DNA of 64,000 bases from Octopus bimaculoides (taxonomy: Eukaryota). Shown piece by piece: positions 24,343 to 39,725 of the stretch. The position numbers were made by a program, and so were the translations under genes. Location of the stretch: the NCBI RefSeq assembly GCF_001194135.2, contig NC_068989.1, positions 60,795,878 to 60,859,877 on the forward strand. Direction: 5' to 3'. The notes under the pieces were generated by a model. It saw nothing but the letters and a program-made list of their open reading frames with translations, did no database searches and had not been told where the DNA came from. Position 1 is the stretch's first letter. Each line of letters opens with the position of its first letter.

Positions 24343-25239
24343 ATATCTATCTATCTTATTTATTTAATTATTTATTTATTTGTCTACCTATGTATCTCTA
24401 TGCATGTATGTATGTATGTATGCATGTAGACATACATATATATGAGTTCAGGATTCAATTGAATTAGGTACTTAAATAGTAAAACACCGGCTCGGGTTAA
24501 ATGAAGGGAATCGTGTATATTACGAAAGCATAAGAACAAATATCCACTCACCGATGTATAGACAGATTATTATTCCGGTTGTATATACGATTAACTGCAC
24601 CCGACTGACTAAATTATAAGTCTCATGGTTGTATTTAGGAACACACACTGCACCAATTGTACTGCACTTAATAGACTATCGATCCACACTAATAGTAGTT
24701 TCCGAATAAGGTGAATAATGTATAAGAATATAAATAAAATTAAAATAAATTAATAATAAACTAAATTAAACTCTCAGAAGTCAGAATATGATATCAAGCT
24801 TCCATTCTCTAATTTATATCCCCCTACTCAACTTCCTCATTACCTTTTAAGGTCTTTTGTCTACAACTCTGTCCTCCAGTCTCTTAAAGATTATGAATTA
24901 AACATAATGACTTTGTCTTTCAGATTTTGTACGGAATATTATTATACACTTTCCTCTGTTCTTCTTGCGGTTATAAATATTCCCCTTCTTCCTTACTGTC
25001 ACCAAAATATTTTTCCCTATATTAACTACTAACCTGAGCATGTCAATTATTTCTTTTGATTATTACTGGTCAGAGGATCATGAAGTGGTACAAACTTTAG
25101 ACTTTTGGAATGTTTTAAATGTGTAATTCGAGTACACTCACCTGATGAAAACGTTTTTTCTTTTCACATGATATATCTCTGTTCATCAATTAAAATTTCC
25201 TTTGAAACAAACTGTACTGAATGAACCATTATCCGTCTG

Positions 25240-25292
<53 letters not shown>

Positions 25293-26529
25293 TTGTGTGT
25301 GCGTGTGTGTTACTGTATATGTATGAATACGTAAATCTGTACAGGAAGTAGATACCTTAAATTGCATCGTCCATTTTAAATTTAGTAGTCTCCATGAAAA
25401 CACTCTTCAAATATCATCACAGTCTTGATTAGATATTTAAAAACAATCAGAATATTATACGTTTTCAGCAGAAAACATATAAAGTTTTACTTATTTGTAT
25501 GCTATTTACAGATGCTATCATCTGTCTTCAAATATTATCTGCCATGTGCGCCATCATTATTGCAATGCTTTCAAAGTACTAGCTCGTTTTAAAATTCACG
25601 ATATCAAATTCATGTTACATTGTCACAAATGTAAAGCGTTCATTTAGTTATGAAATAACAATAATTTCACATATTCAGTAATGCATTTCATTACTGTTAT
25701 AAGGTATTAGAATTCCATTTCTGCTCTGTGCCTCGAAAATCTCCATAAAACATGCTAGTTACTAATACTTCTTTTCTAATAAATTCTGATTCCCTTAGAG
25801 TCAACGTTGGTGAATCAATGATTTATGTTTACAACACTTTACTGGCAATGTCATTTCGTTCAAGTATTTGCTACAATATGAAATTCGACGCTGGATCTTA
25901 TCTAAAAGATCTTATCTACAATATATAATTGTGAGCAATAACGTATGTAAAAAATAAAGATAGCATTGATGGTGTTGTACAAACAATATTGGAATACATT
26001 GAATTAAAATAAATTCGATTTTATTAATATATACAGACATTCAATTAAATAACGAAATTACATCATTATTGAATGAATTGTATTTCACATTAATCTCGAA
26101 TCAATATAAAGTAATATAAAACACAATAAATTGCTAGAGCCCATTAATATAGGACTAAGAATTTACAGAAGAATATATCTATCCATATCTCAGTCTATGA
26201 ATCTATCACACTATCTATCTTTTATCTACGTATTCAGCTCTTTATCTATATGTGTGTACACCCACCAATACACATACACACATGTAAATGGGCATGTTAT
26301 AAATAAAGCAATAATGAAAAGGTACTGAGTTTCAAAATGAATAATATCAAAACAATAAAAACAAAACAATAAGGTTATATTAAAGTTGATTACAGCGACT
26401 CCAGTGCTCATTAAATACTTATTCTTTTAAACCTGAAAAAATGTACGGACTCAAATCACCCGCGACGTGATATGAGGCCTGAACGTAGATTCGGAAGATT
26501 TTCCACTGAGCATTTTGTCCGACGCTACT

Positions 26530-26652
<123 letters not shown>

Positions 26653-26654
26653 GA

Positions 26655-27473
26655 CACAGGAAAGAACTGCAAACACTAACGGCTTTAAGTAATTCAAGAA
26701 CATTCTATAAAGAACTGAACAATGAAGAAAAGCATAAGGAAAATGATAGACCACATCGAGTAGCATCAAGGAAATTCTGGCCCGAAATCTGGAGCAATGA
26801 GATCCAACATAATATAAGAAATGATTGTTCGAATTTCTAAGAGAAATGAAATTTGGGGTGATACAATAATATTACAATCACGAGTAAAAGTGATGATCAA
26901 GAAAATGCCAAACTGGAAAGCCCCCAGTCCAAAAATGTGTTTTAGATAGTATATCTTCTAAAATATCAGTTTATTTGTTCTAAATAGTTTATTCTACTAC
27001 AAAGAAAAGTTATATACGAGTGTTTTTACTGCATGGAACACCAACATGAATGGCAAAAAAAAAAAAAAAAGGCCAGTGCCGATACAGAAGGACAAAAAAG
27101 GAAGAGAAGAGAAGTAGGCTATTATAAACCTATTACCATTACTCTGGACTCTATTAACTGACCTCATAGCAGATGAAGTATATAATTTTCTGGAAAAGGA
27201 TAAACTGACCACTACACGCATTTTTCTCTCTCCTTGTTTCTTGCTGTGTTCCTTTCTGTTGAAGAACGTAGGCTCGAAACGTTCTCTATTCCCGAGCGTT
27301 AAACTAATACATCGTTTTGTGGTCTACACCACCTGTCTTCTTCTGTTGTTTTTTTCGTGAATCCCTATATATATATATATATATATAATAATTTTCCAGA
27401 GGATGTAGTAACCGTTACCAATATAGCATAAGAACTTACCTTTTGAATATGAAAATTTAAAAGTTAAAAACCT

Positions 27474-27504
<31 letters not shown>

Positions 27505-28110
27505 NNNNNNNNNNNNNNNNNNNNNNNNNNNNNNNNATATATATAAATATATGTATGTATATATACATATATACATATACATATGAATCGTAGAATATTA
27601 AATGAGGTACGAATAAGGGAGAAGAATTTAGCTTTAGACGGATAGGTAGCAGGAAGGCTTACGTCAATGTAAGAACACTACTGGATCCTGGAGTGTCTGT
27701 GGAGGAAGCAATGACAGTTTGGAAAATAGAAGTGACATGTGCAAATGAATTGCTTGTCAACGGAAAAATGCGTAGGAATATATTTCCAGAGAGGCTCGCT
27801 CTATCCATTACTCTTCGTAATTGTGCCAATCCCTCTGACATGCATACTAAGAAAATCCAGGGCTTCCTGTGACTTTATCAAATCGAAGATGAGATTAAAT
27901 CACCTACCTTATATGGATGATCTCAAGCTGTATGCAAAAAAAAAAAACCTCAAAAGAATGGGACCCTGAACACCTTGATCCAGACAGTGAGAGTATTCAG
28001 TAAAGATACTGGATTGCAGTTAGGTGTAAATAATTACACTTTACTAATTATTCAGGGAGGTCGGAAGGTGAATTCTGACGACATAAAATTACCTCATGAT
28101 ATCATTAGAT
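26655..28110 (+). mobile_element. Decayed R4/Dong-like LINE RT, interrupted at ~27210-27590
   Basis: RKFWPEIWSNEIQHN, KMPNWKAP, IQKDKKG, LWTLLTDLIADEVY, QRGSLYPLLFVI and NHLPYMDDLKLYAK. Confidence 0.85.
27210..27365 (+). mobile_element. Second copy of the 10137 PLE-tail-like repeat, inserted in the LINE
   Basis: Core ctgttga-a-gaac-gtag-gctc-gaaac-gtt. Confidence 0.65.
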
Positions 28111-28149
28111 TTCTGTGGAATAATGCGGAGTGCTGCATGACGATAGGAT

Positions 28150-29290
28150 AATTGGAAGAGAAATTAGAAGTCACTAAAGACACACATACATGCACATATA
28201 CACACACGCATACTTCCAAACACATACACACACGCACACACACGTGCAACACACATGCACACACACACACACACACACCCACATACTCCCAAGCACACAC
28301 ACATATGCGCGTACACACACACGTGCACAAATGCACATACACACGCACAGGAATGCACAAATACCTGACCCACACAACCTCACGCACACAGACTCACATA
28401 CCTATATACACACACAAACATCAACACAGACAACCACATACACATACATACTCAAGCACACGTGCATACACGCAACAAAATGCACACATAACCCGACTCA
28501 CATTTCTACGTTCACACATACATATGCACACGAACGCACATACACACATGTACATACGCACATACACACACATACACATACGCACTCACACATATAAACA
28601 CGTACATACACATACATACACACACTAGTACATGTACGCACATATACCTTCAACACACACAATGTACATGCAGACACGCACGCAATTACACACACATGGA
28701 GAAAAACACACACACACATACACGCACACACTCACAGGTGTAAACGCATGCACGCACATACTCACAGGTACGCACATACTCACAGGTACGCACATACTCA
28801 CAGGTACGCACATATACGCCTACAATCCCCACACAACCCACGCACACATGCATACACAAACTCACATATACATACACCCACACACACACACACACACATA
28901 CACATACGCATACACACATAGACACATACACAAGCACGCACACACACGCATGCACACACACATATGAACGCACACATACCTAACACTCACAACACAACGC
29001 ATACACGTATACACACCCGCATACGAACACACATACACACGCACACATACACGCACACGCAGATGAACCCACACATACCTCCCATATACGCACACACACA
29101 TACTTCAAACCACCAGTACCTTTCTACTGACCATTCTCCTAAGCACATGTGTAGGTAGACACACAACAGGCAGCCACACCTACTATAAATTTTTCCTATG
29201 ACCTTAACGATACTATGTCCAACCACACATGCATAAACAGCCACAACTACACACACACACACGCACATACACACACACACACACACAAAC
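28150..29290. repeat. Long degenerate CA-rich low-complexity tract with an 18-bp minisatellite (tacgcacatactcacagg, ~28750-28810)
   Basis: Direct. Confidence 0.9.
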
Positions 29291-29299
29291 CGCCTTCCC

Positions 29300-29570
29300 T
29301 TACACTCTTCTGTCTCTGAAAAGAACTTTTCTCTACCCTTTCCCTCCCGGTCATTCCAATAAGTCACCGCGTGTGCATCGTTGGCGATTTCTTTCTCCGT
29401 CTTCCCTTCTTTGGACTTTTCCTATATTTCTGACGAAGATCTCAGATCGAAACGTTCAATCCTCTTTCTTTTCTCTCTTTTCCAGGGTGTCCAATAACAA
29501 TGTACTTTTTCCACGACCTCGCGTTGTTTTTTCATGTTTTTTCTTGTTTGTTCTTGTTTAAATTGACTAT
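29300..29570 (+). mobile_element. PLE-tail-like repeat with an intact CUGACGA...GAAAC core
   Basis: ctgacga-a-gatc-tca-gatc-gaaac-gttc at 29430-29457. Confidence 0.55.
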
Positions 29571-29752
29571 NNNNNNNNNNNNNNNNNNNNNNNNNNNNNN
29601 NNNNNNNNNNNNNNNNNNNNNNNNNNNNNNNNNNNNNNNNNNNNNNNNNNNNNNNNNNNNNNNNNNNNNNNNNNNNNNNNNNNNNNTATATATACATATA
29701 TACATGTATATATATATATATATACGTACATACATATTTATATATATATATG

Positions 29753-29826
<74 letters not shown>

Positions 29827-29830
29827 CATA

Positions 29831-29880
<50 letters not shown>

Positions 29881-30342
29881 AGTGTGTGTGTATATATATG
29901 TACACATATGATCTCACAATCATGAAAGCACATGCATACACACACTCACACACACACACACTCTCTCTCTCGCACACACGCATATTCGGCTTTCTACTAA
30001 AATATTTCTACAGTTATATTTCTCGTTAGGTTGAATTTTCTAGGATGCTCTTGTTTTATTTGTTTAAGCGACGTAAGAAAATAATAATGTTGGAAACAAG
30101 CATTTACATTCAAGTTTTACTAAATATAGCATATATTTTAAGTTCTCTTTTGTTTCTTATAATTATTATTGTTATAGAGGCAATTTAGATCGTGTTAGAG
30201 AAAGGATAGTCATGGTTCTACATGTAGCTTGGATTGTACGAACTTATGATTCATGTTTTATGGTACATAAAACTTAGAATAGTAAATAATTATGCATATA
30301 TGTGTATATGAGTGTATGCATTCATATGATATTTTGCATATC

Positions 30343-30558
30343 AATATATTGGTTTCAAATGCGGGCATAAAGCCGGCAATTTCGGAGGAGGATGTTAGTC
30401 GATTACATTGAACAGACTCGGTACTTATATTACGACCCAGAAAGGGATGAAAGACAAATTCGCACTCTGCGGAATTTGAGCTCAGAACGTAAGGATAGAC
30501 AGATACCTTTTAGCATTTTAGTTGTTGTGCTGACCATTCTGCCAGTTTGACGCCTTCT
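30343..30558 (-). mobile_element. SINE family C, diverged
   Basis: Similar to 46411-46628 in reverse. Confidence 0.75.
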
Positions 30559-31064
30559 TTCATATCAATATATTAAGATATTTTATAGCTACTGGCTCCC
30601 TCTACCCACGTTGGTCTGTTTCACACAATTCTCTCATAGGTGTCATTGAGTATGTTTAATGGATTAGCGATCTAATTTATTAATCATCTAACTTATAAAC
30701 GATGTTTAGTTTCATGAAGGATTCTTTATGCTTATTATTCATNNNNNNNNNNNNNNNNNNNNNNNNNNNNNNNNNNNNNNNNNNNNNNNNNNNNNNNNNN
30801 NNNNNNNNNNNNNNNNNNNNNNNNNNNNNNNNNNNNNNNNNNNNNNNNNNNNNNNNNNNNNNNNNNNNNNNNNNNNNNNNNNNNNNNNNNNNNNNNNNNN
30901 NNNNNNNNNNNNNNNNNNNNNNNNNNNNNNNNNNNNNNNNNNNNNNNNNNNNNNNNNNNNNNNNNNNNNNNNNNNNNNNNNNNNNNNNNNNNNNNNNNNN
31001 NNNNNNNNNNNNNNNNNNNNNNNNNNNNNNNNNNNNNNNNNNNNNNNNNNNNNNNNNNNNNNNN

Positions 31065-31096
<32 letters not shown>

Positions 31097-33084
31097 TATA
31101 TATGCATTTGCTTATAGTTATATGTCTGTTCAAAAATGTGTTATGGAATTTCTTCTAAAATATCATTAGCTTATTCTTTCTAAAATTATTGCTCACTACG
31201 TAATGTACGCGTATGCCTTCTACTATTTAAAGATTCTCTCAGTCACTGATTTTTTTTTTGTTTTCCCAAATCTGATAAGCACCTATTGTAAACTGTTGAA
31301 TAGATTTGCTTGTTGATACTTTTAGCACACTTTACGTTACAAAACATTTCACGTACACTATATCTGCCATTGTGATTACTAGTTTAAACGTCTACAAGGC
31401 GTTGGTTATCTGGAAAACATTTGATAAAGTTTTATACATTGAAAATCGATGCAACACAGTTTGAAGACTTTATTATCATTTGCGTTTCTGCATTGAATAT
31501 TTTTACGTCTTTTGATGAAATTGTTTCGCGTTTGTTATCAAGTAACGAAACTTTTATATCTTTAAGCTGTTTATTTAACTTTTAACTATTTTGAAGTTTA
31601 TATGAATCTCTAATTATTGCCAGAACTCTTTGACATTTGCATCAACTATTCATGTGCATAGTACAATATCAGATATAACGTGGCAGATTTTGTATTTTAT
31701 CACATATTAGAGTGATTTTCCTATGTGCATTTAATCTATTAAGGGAAGTTTTGTTTACCCAACCACTATATTAGGAGAGTTCTAGGAGCTTCTGAACTCG
31801 CTGCAGGGAGTTTCTAAACACATTTAGAAAATTCGCTGCATAGCTAAAACATGCAATTCAATGGTATTTATCTAAATGTTTTTAATCCTCTACATGCAGC
31901 TAGATACTATTCTGTTTCAGTGAAACTATAACGTACGTTATGAAACTAGAATTTCTTTTTTCATATTTGAGCACTTCTTTCGACACGATTAACAGTTTTA
32001 CTCCCTACTGTAACTACACAAGAAAACGAAATTATATGAAGCTTACATCGTATATAATATTGGTTTGCGTATATTTGAAGATTTCTCCAATTGGCGCAAC
32101 ACATTTAGAAAATAATTAATGTGATAAATTTGCTTTTGTTTGTAGTGTGAATTTTATGAGAATCATCAATAGCGTTATAACTGAAATCTTTTATATCTAC
32201 AGGCTATCTGCAAAAATATCACATTTTACTTGCTAATACTTTTTCTGTTATTGATCTTGATGTACATGTGGGTTTTTTGGTGGACGGGTGGTGGTGATGG
32301 CGGTGGTGATTGGGGGCAGAGTGCAATCGATAGATTCAATTTCATTACTTGACTGGTGATATATAGCTGGAACTTTTACCGCAGCGGGATTTCAAATGAG
32401 ACCTTGATGGATACAAATGATACTGCCAGACATTTTGTCTCTATCTCAAACATTCTGTCTGTCCACGAGTCTTATTTTGATCATAATTAAGATGTGAATA
32501 TTTAATGACTTTGGTATCCCCTCAGAAAGTTTATTTAATTAAGACGCATTGCATAAATGTTTGAAAAGTCGGAACGTACATGTCCAGAATATTAGTGAAT
32601 ACAAATTAAGAAACTTATACGAGTGGACATTACTTTCTCCTACCAATATAATATCTGAATCATCAAAGCAGATTAATATCTCACATATCATGCTGAAAGC
32701 CATACATATGAAAAGAAAAATACTGTTGTGGTGAAACATGACGTCTACGCGACTAGACTTTAATTTTATATTATTAATAACCTTGTATTACATTTTAAAT
32801 ATTGTATAGATTTGGAGAAGATCAGCATATGAAAGTTCCGAAAACTTACAGTGAAATTTACTAGCTATGTAAAATGTTTTCAATTCATAAAACAAGTTAA
32901 TAACCTTCTTAAATCCCATGTAAATTTCACACGTCAGAAATCAAAAGAGTACACGTCATCTATGGAACAATAAACTACGTTCTCAAATGAAAACAGAAGC
33001 CAATCCTTTTAACTTTCAATTTGTTTATTGAAGAATTTTTCAATTTATCCCAGAAAGCAATAATTTACTTCTTATAACGAAATT

Positions 33085-33630
33085 TATTTAGAGAGTGAGA
33101 AACAGGTAAAATTTCAGCATCCATATAATACATATGTAGGCTTCGTTTCGAAACACATAATGAAATGCTAAACACCAGTCAACGTTAGCACAACATATTT
33201 TGGCAATAATAGATAGGTACTGGGAAAATTCATCAAAATCATCGTTGTTGTTGCCATTGCAATGGTCATTGCAGCATTCATAAGATTGGCAATAGCTGTA
33301 CCAATATCTGAGTTAATAAAATTTCTATCAAATCCAGTTATTGATAATTATTATAATCTAGGACACAGATGAATAAAAAATAAACAGCAGAATCATCTGA
33401 AGGGCAATGGCCGAGAGAACGCAGATACAAATATGAATAAAAATAGCAATCATCGCTGACGTAAGGAAGCACTGAAAAATAATAAATGATCGAACTATTG
33501 TTATCATAAGTATGAAAGAGAAATATCAGAGGACTAGTTACCACAGCAGATATTACGAGTATAAAATAATTTTTTCTAGATATTATTTGTGTATTACGAC
33601 ATTTTGGAATTTTTTTCTTTAGAACTGTAA
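33085..33630 (-). pseudogene. Frameshifted class A GPCR-like remnant (ICL2-TM7)
   Basis: IPKCRNTQIISRKNYFILVISAVVTSPLIFLF (TM4-like), AMIAIFIHICICVLSAIALQMILLFIFY (TM5-like), MTIAMATTTMILMNFPSTY (TM6-like), SLHMLLYGC (TM7-like), in order across frameshifts. Confidence 0.35.
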
Positions 33631-35792
33631 CTTGTTATTATCATATCTACGTCTCGGAGTGAAACTGAGGAAATTGTTGCAAAATTTAGTTACGTTCTTA
33701 AACCTTCTCGATTAACATCTTGAATCAACTTTGCAATTCATCATTACAAATTCGATTAAATAATATATCAGCTAAATTATGGATGTACTTGACTAAACCC
33801 AAATTCAATAATAAAATACATACGGCAGGTAATTATCCTTATTTACCTGTAGGTTTTCATTATTGTCCGAATAATTACAGCTATCGATTACTTACATGAA
33901 TCATTCACCAATCGACTACTTACATAGTGACGAGAGGACAAATGCCAAGGATAAATCAATAGAGTCCTCTATAGTATATGCCGCATATATTGTACTCCTG
34001 GAACATGAATGAGGGAGTTGATTTAGATTAAATTTAAGACGAGAACCGCGAGTGGGAAAAGCAAACTAAAACCATACAAATCCTATTTAGTTCATCATAA
34101 GAAATTTTGAAATACCTATATATATTCTATTTTCTACTTGATATTTATATAAACATTATTTAATATATAAGGTATAGTAGAAGGACAAGAAATGGAAATC
34201 ATGATATATGAATACTCATATAAAAACATATACAACAATGAAAATGGAATTTTGTTTTAGTATCTCATATATATTAAGTAATAATATTTTATTGTTTTCA
34301 ATTATTGGGACGTCTTAGTTCTACAAATTCAATTGAAATAATTCATTAGATTGTTATTTCCATTTTTAAATACTTAAGATTGTTTTGCTATCTGTATAAT
34401 TCCGATCATACAAAAACATATTAAGTTTCATTTATGCTTTTTGATACTCACTTTTAATAATGTTTTGTGGGGAGTTATTGATTATCTCTATTCTTTTACA
34501 CGACTGCATAGTATTGATCCGCGGTACTTGATTCATGCACTGAAACAAGATATTGAATATCAATACCTGCATTGTGATTGGATGGGACGGCAAGTTGATG
34601 GTGGTTGTTTTCATAAAGACATATTTGAACAGTAAACCTGCTCAAGCTTATATAGTCATTAATCTGCTGCTACCTCTCTTCCGTCTAAAGTCGTTCTGCT
34701 AGTTCAACATGATGTAATTGAACGACTGATCAAGAATTTCAAATGAAATACAACAAAGTGAAAGAGCTTGTAAATCATGATAGCTCTAACCTTCAACGTT
34801 GATTAGACGTCTGAAATTATCTAAACTTAGTGAACTCTAATTATCACAATGATCAATCTTTGCAAACACTCATTATCGACGAGTGTTCTACTCGTGAATA
34901 TAATAAACTACTTTGTCCTCGTATGGTGCTTACACAATGTTACAACACAGAAACTTGGGACAATAAATATTATCAACTCTTACTTAAGAGTTTGCAATAA
35001 TTATTTTATTTCAACACGGGTATCACTTATCTTAAATCATTAAACAGATGACATCAGCTGATCTATAAGTTTTAACCGGTTATAACAACATTAAATGTAC
35101 AAATTATAACGATGCAAAAAGTTTGTTTTTTTAATACAATATCTGGGTACACGACCTTTTAGTTCAGAATTGAGAGAAATAATATCACGTATTACAGGAC
35201 ACTTGCTTTATTATTCACTAATTCCACGCATATCATTTTTCTTGATATCAAATATTTCGAACGAAATATCAAATGGGAGAGAATCGATATTTATTCCGAA
35301 AACTGATACATGCTTTACTTCAGAAGATTACCGTTGATTGCTAAACGGTTACATTGAATAACATTCTCGTAATTAGATTTCGTTACTATGATATTCTATA
35401 AACTTTTTCAATTAACATATTGTACTCTTCTCGTTTCGATTCTGCAATGAGTGAATTGATCTTGGAACGCCTTCGCTGTTTATGTATTCCCTGAATATCT
35501 TTTATTCAATATTAGGTGTGTTGACATTTGCCAGGCACCTCAGAAATCCGTACCTGTTTGTGAGATGTGAAATTCTGCTAATACGATGAAGCAGCATATA
35601 TTCAGTTTTATGATTCTAACTGTTAAATCATTCCTAACTTTAAGAGTTTAACATCTTTAATATTAGTGGAGAGTGATGGGACTGATGGGTAATATCTATA
35701 TTTTCGGTTTGAGCTTTTGAATGCAAATTAAGAGAGGACAACGATAAATATAGTTCCCTAGAGCACTGTAGTAGCTCTACAACATAAAGAGG

Positions 35793-35894
<102 letters not shown>

Positions 35895-37335
35895 AGTGTA
35901 TGATAATAACATTTCATAATAAAGAAAACCTAATTCTGAAAATGGTATACAGTGTAATTAAAAATCATTTAGCAATTAAGGATGATCATTATTAAATATC
36001 GACCCAGATATTTGATTAAATAATATTAGTTTTGCTGGATGGTAGGCAAAGTGGTTGATTATTATACAAAATGTACTCTAATGTACTCGGAGATAAAACA
36101 GCGTGTGCCCTGAGATTAAGAATTATCGCTTGCTTCCATTATAATTTGCATTTTTACAAATCGGTAGCAGTATTAAAACTGAAATGTTACTGGATTACGT
36201 TTCTTTGAGTATCGTTTTCAAATCTTAACGGAATGTTTAGTACTTTTTAGCAGTCCATGATCTCTCAAATTATTAATGATACATTAAAAACAAAAAACAG
36301 CAGCTCCATATGTTACTCGTTACACACTAGTATCAGTAATTCTCCTTAGAACGAAATCCATATTCGTTAAATAATGTATTGAAATGTGTTTTTGATATAA
36401 TTTAATATGCCTTAATATTATTTCATGTTGTCATTCATAGATTAAGTATAAATCAGTTGTCGGAAATGTCCTTCCTGACAAATATCGTTTATATCTTTGA
36501 AGCTAATTTAATTCATGTTTTTATCCATTTGTCAACGCACTTCTATACAAGATAATCTAATAACGTGTCACAAATCGTAAAAGCATTTTAAAATGTCACC
36601 CAACATATTAAATATAATTGTTTTCTGTTAAATCTTAGAGATCTCCGTAGATTTTTTCAGTTGTATCGGTCATAAAATGAATTTCATTTTAATATGTTTA
36701 AAACACGTGTCGATTTCACATACTTCGTATTACTACTTAGATGGCACATACAGCTGAGAGAAACTTCACAAAATTCAATGCCCTAAAATATCTAATAATG
36801 AAGAATGCGGTGACAGTATAGGTATTTGAAACTTTGAAGTAAATTATCACAAAAAAAAAAAAAAAAAATTAATGAGTATTTGAGAGACTAAAATAATGTA
36901 CCTATGAGTATTGTGAGCGTGGGTCCTCCGTGCGTTAAAGTAATTGAAATATAGCAGACCGGCCAAATGGAAATGTATTTTAATTTCATTTCATGTGTTG
37001 ATTTTTAAACATTAGAGTTAGTATTATTTTAATCTCTTCTTGCGTAATAAAAAGTGTCAGTAATGTAGATCATGACTTCATCAGCTACTTTCATGTACAC
37101 AACAAATATTTGGTTTAGGATATCCTTACTTTTGAGCAAAAGCATTAGTTATAGGGTTCAGTCGACGAATATGTGTTCTAACACAGGTGGCAAAATAGCG
37201 TGCAACGGTAGAACAGAACGCATATCGCAAGCGGCATCATGCAAAATTTACATTGTTGGTGCTTGTTGTATTCTTCATTGATATGCATCAATTAAAGTAA
37301 TTAAAATACCCTAAAGACAATCAAATAAAACGCAA

Positions 37336-37388
<53 letters not shown>

Positions 37389-37818
37389 TGTGTGTGTNNN
37401 NNNNNNNNNNNNNNNNNNNNNNNNNNNNNNNNNNNNNNNNNNNNNNNNNNNNNNNNNNNNNNNNNNNNNNNNNNNNNNNNNNNNNNNNNNNNNNNNNNNN
37501 NNNNNNNNNNNNNNNNNNNNNNNNNNNNNNNNNNNNNNNNNNNNNNNNNNNNNNNNNNNNNNNNNNNNNNNNNNNNNNNNNNNNNNNNNNNNNNNNNNNN
37601 NNNNNNNNNNNNNNNNNNNNNNNNNNNNNNNNNNNNNNNNNNNNNNNNNNNNNNNNNNNNNNNNNNNNNNNNNNNNNNNNNNNNNNNNNNNNNNNNNNNN
37701 NNNNNNNNNNNNNNNNNNNNNNNNNNNNNNNNNNNNNNNNNNNNNNNNNNNNNNNNNNNNNNNNNNNNNNNNNNNNNNNNNNNNNNNNNNNNNNNNNNNN
37801 NNNNNNNNNNNNNNNNNT

Positions 37819-38520
37819 ATATAATTACCTACCACCCAAAGGAAGGAATAAAACACTAGACGACTTCTGCAACCGTATCCAGCATTTTCCTCGCACTGTC
37901 TATAAACCAAACATTGTAACTAACCTCAACAGCATACAATGGAAGCACCTACTACAGCTAAAAAATGACAAAGACCTGACAATCAAAGCAGACAAAGGTA
38001 GTGCTGTAGTTGCGATGGACACAAAATACTATAAAACCCTAGCATTGTCCATATTAGAAAATAACTCCTTTTACGAAAAATTTGCAAATTATAGTCAGCC
38101 GAAAAATCCTTAAAAATCTTGCAACTTTAATACTCAAACATGGAAAAGGCCTGACAGAAAAAGAAAAAGACTACATCACAAACTTCAAATGTAAACCAAC
38201 ACTTTTCTATGGCTTCTCCAAAATCCACAAGTGTCAAATAATTACTAATGCCTACAAATCAAATGCAGGTCTATATATAAATATCCCAACACCATAAGAC
38301 TTAACATTAAGGCCTATTATTGCTAACCAGTCTGTGAAACACACCGCCAAAACAACTTTCTGGACATACTTTTGAAACCTTTCCTCAGATACTTTAAAAG
38401 TTTCATTAGAGATGATCTGGACATGCTAGAGCATCTACCAAAACCACCAACGAAGAAGAACTATTAGCCTCCTTCGATGCCATCAATATCAACCTCTACA
38501 CTAACATTCAACATGACTAT
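37819..38520 (+). mobile_element. Penelope-like reverse transcriptase fragment
   Basis: LTIKADKGSAVVAMD, PTLFYGFSKIHK, LRPII, SFDA..LYTNIQH. Confidence 0.9.
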
Positions 38521-39640
38521 GTATAATTTGTTTCTATAAAATATTTTAATTGAACCGAATTTATAATTGTTTAGCTTATTACTTTGTTTTCCATTTCTTG
38601 TATATATATGCACTCAAACAGACGCATGCACTCAGATATATATTTATGAAACGAGCTTTCGTTAAATTCCTGACAAATGAATCGGCTCATAATAAAAAGC
38701 GAATTTAAAACGAGCATTTTTATTGGAGGTCAGGAATATGTGTTCTAGAGATTACTTTCCTTGCAATGCTGCCATACTTACGCCATTTCTGTTTTTTTTC
38801 ATAGATTTTTGCAAATCTATTAAATTATACCCTTTTAATGATTTTACTTTAAGTATACGTTTTTCCTTTCTCCCAAAAAGTTGTTTATAATATAATACCG
38901 AACTTTCAAAGACACTTCGTAAAAATTCAAAATTACCATGGCATTAGTAAATACAACATTAAGATATTATACAGCGACATTTTGCTATTGGAAGAGCAAT
39001 TACAATTTTTTGTAGGTTAGCTATGTTCTACAGGCCTGTACTTCTAATATACCTCATTAGATGCTGTACAATTCTGATGAAAAACATATATATGTATGTC
39101 TGGTATTATAGCTCGTTATTGATTAATAATATTGCGGAGATGTTCTACAAAATGTTGGAAGATAAATCAAGGGGAGATCATGAAAAAAAAAACCCAGCTG
39201 TTCGCACCTACACATGAAAGCTACATACACAAAAACACATACACACATAAACATATGTATGTATGCATGTATGTATGTATGTATGTATGTATATATATAN
39301 NNNNNNNNNNNNNNNNNNNNNNNNNNNNNNNNNNNNNNNNNNNNNNNNNNNNNNNNNNNNNNNNNNNNNNNNNNNNNNNNNNNNNNNNNNNNNNNNNNNN
39401 NNNNNNNNNNNNNNNNNNNNNNNNNNNNNNNNNNNNNNNNNNNNNNNNNNNNNNNNNNNNNNNNNNNNNNNNNNNNNNNNNNNNNNNNNNNNNNNNNNNN
39501 NNNNNNNNNNNNNNNNNNNNNNNNNNNNNNNNNNNNNNNNNNNNNNNNNNNNNNNNNNNNNNNNNNNNNNNNNNNNNNNNNNNNNNNNNNNNNNNNNNNN
39601 NNNNNNNNNNNNNNNNNNNNTCATATATACATACACAAAC

Positions 39641-39725
<85 letters not shown>

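Noticed and set aside
25780-25980. GPCR TM6/TM7-like words (IVCTTP, SNFIL) on the minus strand; similar words near 31.85 and 32.6 kb
   Set aside because: Multiple stops and short spacing; indistinguishable from AT-rich noise.
28094-29158. His/Thr-rich and Cys/Val-rich ORFs
   Set aside because: Translations of CA/TG low-complexity DNA, open in many frames on both strands.
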